DNA from: Schizochytrium sp. TIO01
Taxonomy: Eukaryota > Protista > Bigyra: Labyrinthulomycetes
Assembly (NCBI GenBank): GCA_004764695.1
Contig: SMSO01000037.1
Coordinates: 3,758,747 to 3,822,746 of the forward strand
Direction of reading: 5' to 3'
DNA length: 64,000 nucleotides
Part shown: positions 1 through 8,003 of the stretch, one piece after another
Numbering within the stretch: position 1 is the stretch's first letter
Layout of the letters: the number at the start of each line of letters is the position of its first letter
Notes under the pieces: model-generated
The model's input: only the letters and a program-made list of their open reading frames with translations
What the model was told of the DNA's origin: nothing
The model's database searches: none
Translations under genes and position numbers: made by a program

Positions 1-831
1 GCACCCGTTTGTTTGCTTACATTCGGTTCGGTTGTATTCTAAGCACGTTTCGTCGTTTTGGTTGAGCATCGCTGTTGTGTAAGCGCTGTTGGCGCACGTG
101 CTGAAAGCAGTGTCTGCGTCACGGTTGTTAATTTCTTCGTAAATTGCTAAGCAAGTACTACCCTCAGTTAAATATTTGCGATCCTTTGCTTTAATAGTAA
201 TTGCGCTGCTTATCGACGACTTGCGACGCCGGCGGCGCTTTCTAAGTGCTCGACGATTATTCGTAGAGTCGTTAAGGTCCATGTCAGCTTCAGTAAAAGC
301 TGATGGAGAAGGCGTGGCGATGTTACTTCCATCAGTCACGCTTTCGCGCCAATCGCTGAAGTAAGCGTCAGTGGCGTCACCATCGAGCGCACGACGGCTC
401 TTGATATCATTATCATCGTCATCTTCACCATCTTCGTCATCAATAGGAAACATGTCTACAAGATGTCTGCTACTGTAGAAGTCCCCATCTTCGTCGTCAT
501 CTTCGTCGTCATCTTCGTCGCTTTCGTCATCTTCATCCTCTTCCTCACTAGTACCCTCCCCATCTGAGGAAAGCTTTCGCTGTTGCTTCTCATCAATGAG
601 GTGGCCTGATTCAATCTCCCCATTTTCATCCGCTCCAAAAAAGTCAGTTTGAAGCAGAGATGCGGCAAGCTCGCGAGCTTCGTCATTAGACATTTTCCTA
701 TTTTTCAGGATATTATGCACTTGATCTACGACTTCATCAATTTCCCGGGCACCACGGAGTTCACGGCCATGCGAAAAGGCAATAGCAATGATTACACCAA
801 GAATTGCAAGAGGCTGAAAGAGGCGAGCCAT
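1..831 (-). CDS. Secreted precursor protein, 3'-partial: signal peptide, repeated RxL motifs, Asp/Glu-rich segments, polybasic stretch, start of a Cys-rich region
   Basis: My translation of the minus strand from the ATG at 831 gives 277 open codons to the window edge, with an in-frame TAG four codons upstream of the ATG: MARLFQPLAILGVIIAIAFSHG-RELR...RKLSSDGEGTSEEEDEDDESDEDDDEDDDEDGDFYSS-RHL...RRAL...RRALRKRRRRRK...CLEYNRTECKQTNGC. The N-terminus is a hydrophobic signal peptide. It is absent from the ORF track, presumably because its stop lies outside the window. Confidence 0.85.
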   Translation of the reverse strand, partial: MARLFQPLAILGVIIAIAFSHGRELRGAREIDEVVDQVHNILKNRKMSNDEARELAASLLQTDFFGADENGEIESGHLIDEKQQRKLSSDGEGTSEEEDEDDESDEDDDEDDDEDGDFYSSRHLVDMFPIDDEDGEDDDDNDIKSRRALDGDATDAYFSDWRESVTDGSNIATPSPSAFTEADMDLNDSTNNRRALRKRRRRRKSSISSAITIKAKDRKYLTEGSTCLAIYEEINNRDADTAFSTCANSAYTTAMLNQNDETCLEYNRTECKQTNGC

Positions 832-2522
832 TTTCCCTTGCTAGGTCTTTCACCAATGACTTGCTTTGGCAGAGTCTTTGCCACGCAGGCAGCGGGACAC
901 CAAGAAGCAGATCTTAATTGTGAATCTAAGATGTGCTTCTTTGCCTAAGAGATCCTTGCGAAGAGGACAGGTATTGCGTTTCAGGTTCAATGTTTCAGAT
1001 ATTCTGGTTTTGCTTGTATTGAAATCTGAGTTTTTGCTCTCTTGTTCGATTCCCTTGCTTCAATGAACATTTAGAGTTCGTATAGGTTCGAGCTCAAGAA
1101 TCAAGCATAAATTACAATAGTATAAGAAAGGTTGATATCCTGTAATTTAGTATCGAAAAGTCATACCATTTTTTTCTTTACAACTGATTTCCCGCGCGCA
1201 GGTCTCCGCGTTGGTTCGGGAACGAAAAGTGCCAGAATAATGGAGACTTTCTATTTCTTTAACATATATACATATTGTTCGCCGACACTGATTCACCCAA
1301 GTCCGCGCTCCTTATCTTTATCTAAGCATATAGAGAGGAGAAGTTTCTTAGTCTCTACAGACCATACGAAGGTAGTTAGATCCGTTAATCTAGCGCGGTA
1401 AGTACAACTATAACTGCGGACCAGTCATGCTGCCGCGGCGTACACAGTTCACGAAAAGCGAAAGTAAAGTACATTCCCTGTTGAAAAGGCCTAAGGATAA
1501 GTTTATGCAGAATCTAACGCATACACCATCTTTATTCTTCGGGGTACGCGAGGACGCTCTAGACTTTGCGTATAGCCTTGAGGTTGTTTAACTGAAAAAT
1601 CAGATGCTGCTTTTTCGCATCTCAGAGTAAAAACGCATTTGTCTATTTAACGATGCCACCCAGCTAGAAGCGCTTGGTAGGTAGTTATCCAATGTGCTGT
1701 CAAAAATATGCGAATATGCGTTTAACTCTAAGAAGGAACCTCCTCTCTACTTAGTTGCACACTAGCGAGAAAAGGCTCTAGCACTTTCAGCTACTAAAAG
1801 TAACCAACCGCAAATCCGCTTGAAGGTCTACTTCCTGCTAGCAAAGGCTCCAACTCACGGACTATAACTGTTTTATCATTATTTATCCATCATGATGCCA
1901 ATGCAGGACTAGATTAATCTCCAGGTGACAACAGTGCTAGCTAGATAGTCACCTTTGTTTGTTTTTGCAAGATTGGAAAAAAATAAAAATAAATAAATAT
2001 ATATATATATTATATATATTATAGTTTGACTCTTATTCTATGACCTGTGCAACCCATTTTCGAACACCCACCGACCATAGAGTTGCTATGATGGATATTC
2101 TAGAACCACTCCCTGTCTGGTGTCTAGACCCAAACTCTCGTTCTTTTGGGCTGCGCTCGAGGGACACTATTGCGTGGGGGTTGCAAGTCCTCTGCCTGAA
2201 GTGGGGTGAACGGAGCCACCTCCCTGGGAACTACAATCCTATTTAGTCTCGGAAGCCGTCGATCGAACCACGTTCTGTGGAACACAGCATTTGATTTGAG
2301 AAGCACATCCAAAGCCCCACTCGGCTTGAGAGCGCTAAACACAACAAGACTTTCCTCGTGCTGTTCACTGTTTGGTCTAGCCGTAGTGCGGCGAAAGGGC
2401 TGAGCGGCGCACTCGTTGCCATTAAAATTTTGGCGGCAAGCGTCCTTTACATATACATATATAGTCTTTTTGTTCTGCTTGAATGGCTCCTTGAATAGAA
2501 ATAATCCATACTGTCCTGAGAT

Positions 2523-5500
2523 ATGTCTTTTATGCGAACGTCGGCAGCAGGAGACCGGGAGCACCAATGGGTTAAACAAGAGTCTCCTAAGGAGTACCGA
2601 TTTATGGCCGAGGATCAACTTGAGTTCAACCTGTTTCACCGTCGCTCACTTCTGCATCTTCAGAGGGTATGGAAAAACGTGAAGGAGCTTGTTCAGAAGC
2701 AAAGCCCTAGGGCTGCTCCGAGAGTATCCCTGAACCCCGAAGACTACTTTTCTGCTGTCGCAGAGAACTGGATTAATACTCATGCCAAATTACTTCAAGC
2801 AACTGGACTTAGCGTGGAAGATTCACGTCTTGAGGTTTTGTGCTTTATTGGGGTTTTATTCGCCATCGTACACTACAAGGGCGACTACGAAGAAGCCTTT
2901 CAGGAATTGAAAGAGATTTTGAAAGACGAGGAGTGTGAAGATTTCAAGATTGATCGTGAATGGTATTTTGATACTCTAAATCGCATCGCTTATCGCAAGC
3001 GTTCAACAGAAACGCTTGCAGACGATAATTTAGTATTACGGGATGCGCTGGAACCTTCACAACAAATCTGTACAACTCCAGGGCTTTGTCTGGCGCATCG
3101 CGAAGGGTCCGTTACCCTTGGTAGCCATGAAAATATGGCAAAGCAGGCTGATGTTGGCATAGGTAAAGATACTTTTCCTTCACAGCTGGCACAGGTGGAG
3201 GTTCTTAGTGACAGCGTCATCCACACCATGCTTGGGATTGCATATGTGCCTAGATCAACCCCTAACCTAGAACAGCATGGCAGTCTTGCAGGCTTAAATC
3301 ACCTGAATAGTATGCACAGAGGTCTTTTTAAAGGGACTCCTATGAAGGGTACATGGGTGTGCTCCCAGGCCGAACCGTGTGAGAAAAACCTCGGCCAAGC
3401 CTTGGAGGGCATCACGTATCTTTGGAGATGCGATCCTCGAGCCAAATGGAGCCCCTTCATTATTGATAATGCTTGCCATGAATCTTCTTTACAATCAGCA
3501 GAATCAAATTCGACATTTACTCACAAGGAGGAAATTGATGACGACGTGATTTCAATTGGAGACAGCGACGGTGACGAAGACAATGCTAATGGCCAACCAC
3601 AGGGGAATAGGCACCCAGAAAAGAGTCATGAAATTGCTGAGGACAACTTCCAGGTATCTACGAACCCGGCTTATGGAGGGTGCTTGTATTCTGCTAATCG
3701 ACTTTACGACACTTGTGATGCTCCTGAAGGTGCCTCACCGCGTCTGGTCACCTTATTGGTTTATAGCGATGCACACGCTATAGAAGAATTCAGTAAGACA
3801 AGACTACGGTCATATATGGAACTGGGTAACACTAGAGGGCGACAACAACCTCTAGTTAATGTTTTGTGCCTTCGTAGTATGACAGCCTTACGAGATTTCG
3901 AGAGCACGAAAATTCTCTTCTATCCACGAAAGAATGGTCAGGTGAACACCGAAACAAAATCAGTAGAAGTTGAACTTAATACCAAGGTTATTCCTCTGAC
4001 ATGCCTATGTGGTTCTTCTGACTGGCATGTCTTGCGTCGCTTCATGATTACTGGGGTAATGTGTCAAAAACTAGCCGAGCGAGACTTGGAACTACAGAGG
4101 TTGCTTGTTGAAAGTGCGGTCAATCCACTTGAAGACATGGGTGTGCTTGCTGATGAGTTCATGCAGGATTGGGCCTTTTCTTTATCCAGAGATACGATGA
4201 AGGCACAGTACACTGCACTTAACAACTTGCAAATGTTTTCAACAGTTGCAAAGCAGCCTTGGTGCAAAGATCTATTTCGCGCTGGCTTACTCTCAAGCCG
4301 ATCCCACCCTACCGTTGCTGTTTCATCCATCTTCGTTGGTAGTTTCGATCTACCTACATTAGGAACTGTAGTCAATTGCCCATGTGAAGTCCAGGTTCTG
4401 CGCTCGGCAGAACACGCAAAACGAATTTGTGAGAAATATGGAAACTACTTCTCTGTAGAACTTGATTCTGAAGCCTGGTGGGAAGCTGTTCCCCGAGCTA
4501 GTCGAGCTCAGATTCTTGCGCTTGCTGCAGTTTTTGATCATGATCATGTGATCCTTGTCATGGAGACTCAAGACACTACGATTGGATATGCGTGTATTGT
4601 TCAAATTCCGGAGAAAGTAAGGAGTCGCTTTCTTGCTACTTGCAAAAAGTTTGATCGGTACGTGTCTTGGGCGCATGATGGCCTTTACAACTCGACCTCA
4701 GGATCTTGCCAAATTCCCCGGAACTTATTTACTGCAAAGCAATCCAGTATTTTATCTTCCAATGTGATATTTTGGCGAGGTCTTATGAGAAGTGTCATCC
4801 AAAAAGGTCCACATGAGCCTGTAGGAAGTTTTAGCACCATGGCAGATGAAATTTACGGAAAGATTCACGAACAACAAAAACCAAGCCTTTGGGAGTTGAC
4901 AGAGACGACAACTCGCCCATTAGATCTAATCGGCGAAATACCGGGACCATCTAAACCATTTCCAGTCCCGAGAGCCTTTGAACAGAATATTGCAGATCTG
5001 TTTGTTCACACCGGACCTAATGCTACTTTGGAATCACTTTTTTATATTTTGGAGAATTCATTCCAGTTCCATCGAGTTGGTAAATTCATGACTTCTCAAA
5101 ATTTGTCCTCAGAACCGGCAGCCTTTTCAGAAAGCAATGTTGATGATAAAGTTGTTGATGAGGCAAGTACTTTCTTTTCTCACCGCGGCTCGGACTTTGA
5201 AGCATTCTTTGAGCAAACTTGGCGAGGTATCTTTGTTCAAGCAGCAATGCGTATCATCGAGAATTGTAAAAAGATGAGTCAGAACCTTGTTTCAGTTGAA
5301 ACTAGCACGTTTGACTTGCAAACACAGAACTTACAAAGGAGAAGTATGGAAACAGATAATTCTGAGTTGAGCACAAAAATAAATGCTAATTCTTCGAATT
5401 CGCGTATTCCTGTTCCAAAGCCTGTAGATCTGAAGCAAAGCAGTATTTCAGAGAATTCATATGAATCCTGTCAGCTGGGGATGAGTCATCAGGCCGGCGA

Positions 5501-8003
5501 GGCCGAATCTGTCAACCTTTGCATTCCAGCCCCCACCGAAAGTAATGACGAAGTTGATCTACCTTCCGCTTCCATTCCTATAGAAAGGCCCTCGTCAGCA
5601 GGGAACCAAGTACAACGAGTCGTTGAATCGAATGAAACATTAACAGAAAAGTCACAGACCGAAAGACTACCTAAGAACTCTGCTGACGAGAAGGGGTCAT
5701 TGCATTTGAAGAAGCAAACTCTTCGACCAGCTAAGTTAGAACCTAGGGCGCCCTTGCAGGACGGGGGAAGCAATCCAGCCGGTACCAGCCCAAGCCCGAG
5801 TATTGTCGTCAAAAGCGCAAATTCGATGTCCATGGAGATTCCGTTCCATACCAAAACATCGGTGGGTAGCAAAACAGGCGACCGTGAACTCATAGTCAGA
5901 TCTTCCAAGGCTCGAGAAGACGATCAATTTGTTCTGGTTCAAGGACAACATTCGCCTGAAGAGACCAGGGCACGCTTTAATCTACCAAACATGCGCGTGC
6001 AGCGCCTTAATAAAGATAGTGATCACCTGGCGTTGCTTTGTAAGTCAGATTTAGGTTTAGCGGAACCCGTTAAATGTACTATTTGTGACAGATCTTGCAC
6101 AACTGCATGTAAAATTTGTTCGGTTCCTTTGCATGACAGTGCAGAATGCTTTTCTTATTTTCATTCGGCTCATGTTATCAGTCATCAGCCTTGTAAAAAT
6201 ACAGCGAAATCAAATAACCTGCCTACCACGGTGCTCTGCAAAGACCCTGCGCAGACAAATAGTAAGAACGAGGAGCTTTCACTCGCAAAGCCTCTATGTA
6301 AACGAACGTCAGAGCCACCTTCATCGCTTTTAAATAACAGTACTGGTGTCCAAGTCAGCCCAATTGCTAGAATTGCGAAAAGCTCTTCTGGAGGTCAACA
6401 TGGTTCCAATACTAACAATGATGTCAACAAGAAAATAGACTATGGAAGTTGCCAAGGTGGCATTAAACCAAAAGATACGAAAGCACAGTCAAACACACTT
6501 GCCAAGTCGGTTCGCTTCGAGCTATGCAAGCTTTCTGATGATGAGAGTGATATTGAGTGTGACCTGAAGGAGCTCGGTATCGCTGGGAGTAATGAAGGTG
6601 AGCAAGTGAGTGTCTTAGATGATCCTCCTGTTGCTGTACCAGCTGCAAGACACGATGCAGAAAAGTTAAAAGTGACATATACTAGTTCAGGTCATCAAAG
6701 TATCTCTAGTCAAACTTCGCTCGCAGTAATTTCCGATTCAAGGCAAAAGTCCCAGTCTGATGCTCAACAGCAAAGCCCAAAGCAAAACACTGGTGTCGAG
6801 AATGTCAAGATTGGCTCGATCAGCGGATCCATAGACGTCGCTGTGAAGCACACTAAACACGTTCCTTCGATCGAAGGATGCGCGAGTTTTTCCTACGAAT
6901 GTGGAGAAGCTTTTCACGGGTCAACTCTCTCTCATACAGATGCTACGGTTCGCCATGGAAATACTTCAGCAGACGTCAAGGAAAAATCATCCAGTACTGG
7001 AGCCAGCAATTACACTAAGGTTTCTGGTAACAATGAAAATACTTCAGCAGACATCAAGGAAAAATCATCCAGTACTGGAGCCAACAATCACACAGAGGTT
7101 TCTGGTGACAATGAAAATACTTCAGCAGACATCAAGGAAAAATCATCCAGTACTGGAGCCAACAATCACACAGAGGTTTCTGGTGACAATGAAAATGCTT
7201 CAGCAGACATCAAGAAAAAATCATCCAGTACTGGAGCCAACAATCACACGGAGGTTTTGGGCCACCATGAAAACATTTCGGTAGACGGAAAGAAGACTTT
7301 GGTCAACAGCCTTTCGCAAAATCTGAGGAAATACCCCAAAGTTGTTCAAGACGTTGAATCTGCGGAGGATCGTGAGCGCCGGGATAAAACGGTTCGACAA
7401 GTGGAAAAAAAAATTAAGCGACGCTTAAAGAAGAAACCGCTAGATATAACAGGCGCACTTCTTGAATCATATTTAATGTTGAAGAAAACCTCTGATAGAC
7501 AGGACCGACTTCCAAACTGTTTAAGGTTTTTCAACCATAAGGTTGGTCGCGAACTCCGTACCTTCACAGACAATTGCCACAGTGCAGCTGCAATTGGTGC
7601 TGCTCGTAATAATTCGACGCTTTCTCAGGAATGCCTCTTGTGTGGAAGACAAACGAAAGTTTGGTGTAAAGGCTGCCGTGTGCCGTTACACACCAGCAAC
7701 AAAGAGACAGGCGAGCGGTCATGCTTTGAGATTTTTCATATGGACAAGAAGCTGGAATCAAGAACGGCAATGACGCGTAAACTAGATAGAGTGCCATCTT
7801 CTTCTTCATCCTCTTGTAAGCTTTCTCCCAAACCTCCAGTAAGCTCTAGCAATGTACTATCAGTGTCAGCATCGTCCTCATCTTTTCCTACTTATGAAAA
7901 ACGTGGGGAAAAGCGTAGTCCAAAGAGTAGTCCAAAGAGTAGCTCCGACACGTCAGATCCCAGGAAGCGCCCCAAAGTGTCTGATCACAAACCAATATCA
8001 TAA
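2523..8003 (+). CDS. 1826-aa protein derived from a piggyBac-like transposase, with an inserted YqaJ/lambda-exonuclease-like domain and two Cys-rich zinc-finger domains; catalytic motifs degenerate (probably domesticated)
   Basis: Long intact ATG-initiated ORF. piggyBac-like blocks: EVLCFIGVLFAI, TPGLCLAHRE, EVLSDSVIHTMLGI, WSPF, FWRGL...GPHEP...IYGK. YqaJ-like blocks: SDWHVLRRFMITG, GLLSSRSHPTVAVS, EVQ, RAQILALAAV. Two CxxC-x5-6-CxxC-xxPLH...CFxxFH fingers at 6075-6164 and 7632-7739. Confidence 0.75.
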   Translation: MSFMRTSAAGDREHQWVKQESPKEYRFMAEDQLEFNLFHRRSLLHLQRVWKNVKELVQKQSPRAAPRVSLNPEDYFSAVAENWINTHAKLLQATGLSVEDSRLEVLCFIGVLFAIVHYKGDYEEAFQELKEILKDEECEDFKIDREWYFDTLNRIAYRKRSTETLADDNLVLRDALEPSQQICTTPGLCLAHREGSVTLGSHENMAKQADVGIGKDTFPSQLAQVEVLSDSVIHTMLGIAYVPRSTPNLEQHGSLAGLNHLNSMHRGLFKGTPMKGTWVCSQAEPCEKNLGQALEGITYLWRCDPRAKWSPFIIDNACHESSLQSAESNSTFTHKEEIDDDVISIGDSDGDEDNANGQPQGNRHPEKSHEIAEDNFQVSTNPAYGGCLYSANRLYDTCDAPEGASPRLVTLLVYSDAHAIEEFSKTRLRSYMELGNTRGRQQPLVNVLCLRSMTALRDFESTKILFYPRKNGQVNTETKSVEVELNTKVIPLTCLCGSSDWHVLRRFMITGVMCQKLAERDLELQRLLVESAVNPLEDMGVLADEFMQDWAFSLSRDTMKAQYTALNNLQMFSTVAKQPWCKDLFRAGLLSSRSHPTVAVSSIFVGSFDLPTLGTVVNCPCEVQVLRSAEHAKRICEKYGNYFSVELDSEAWWEAVPRASRAQILALAAVFDHDHVILVMETQDTTIGYACIVQIPEKVRSRFLATCKKFDRYVSWAHDGLYNSTSGSCQIPRNLFTAKQSSILSSNVIFWRGLMRSVIQKGPHEPVGSFSTMADEIYGKIHEQQKPSLWELTETTTRPLDLIGEIPGPSKPFPVPRAFEQNIADLFVHTGPNATLESLFYILENSFQFHRVGKFMTSQNLSSEPAAFSESNVDDKVVDEASTFFSHRGSDFEAFFEQTWRGIFVQAAMRIIENCKKMSQNLVSVETSTFDLQTQNLQRRSMETDNSELSTKINANSSNSRIPVPKPVDLKQSSISENSYESCQLGMSHQAGEAESVNLCIPAPTESNDEVDLPSASIPIERPSSAGNQVQRVVESNETLTEKSQTERLPKNSADEKGSLHLKKQTLRPAKLEPRAPLQDGGSNPAGTSPSPSIVVKSANSMSMEIPFHTKTSVGSKTGDRELIVRSSKAREDDQFVLVQGQHSPEETRARFNLPNMRVQRLNKDSDHLALLCKSDLGLAEPVKCTICDRSCTTACKICSVPLHDSAECFSYFHSAHVISHQPCKNTAKSNNLPTTVLCKDPAQTNSKNEELSLAKPLCKRTSEPPSSLLNNSTGVQVSPIARIAKSSSGGQHGSNTNNDVNKKIDYGSCQGGIKPKDTKAQSNTLAKSVRFELCKLSDDESDIECDLKELGIAGSNEGEQVSVLDDPPVAVPAARHDAEKLKVTYTSSGHQSISSQTSLAVISDSRQKSQSDAQQQSPKQNTGVENVKIGSISGSIDVAVKHTKHVPSIEGCASFSYECGEAFHGSTLSHTDATVRHGNTSADVKEKSSSTGASNYTKVSGNNENTSADIKEKSSSTGANNHTEVSGDNENTSADIKEKSSSTGANNHTEVSGDNENASADIKKKSSSTGANNHTEVLGHHENISVDGKKTLVNSLSQNLRKYPKVVQDVESAEDRERRDKTVRQVEKKIKRRLKKKPLDITGALLESYLMLKKTSDRQDRLPNCLRFFNHKVGRELRTFTDNCHSAAAIGAARNNSTLSQECLLCGRQTKVWCKGCRVPLHTSNKETGERSCFEIFHMDKKLESRTAMTRKLDRVPSSSSSSCKLSPKPPVSSSNVLSVSASSSSFPTYEKRGEKRSPKSSPKSSSDTSDPRKRPKVSDHKPIS
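6960..7274 (+). repeat. In-frame coding tandem repeat, 78-bp (26-aa) unit, about 4 copies
   Basis: NTSAD[VI]K[EK]KSSSTGA[SN]N[YH]T[KE]VSG[ND]NE units start at 6960, 7038, 7116 and 7194 with near-identical DNA. Confidence 0.95.

Noticed and set aside
1060-1100. GGTTCGA B-box/T-loop-like words here and near 13290 and 57055
   Set aside because: No cloverleaf or A-box could be built, so no tRNA is called.
1188-1195. TTTCCCGC canonical E2F site in the divergent intergenic region
   Set aside because: A single 8-mer is expected by chance in 64 kb and has no supporting context.
6960-7274. Regularly spaced repeats resembling a CRISPR array
   Set aside because: Head-to-tail in-frame coding repeats with no unique spacers, in a eukaryotic context with no cas genes.
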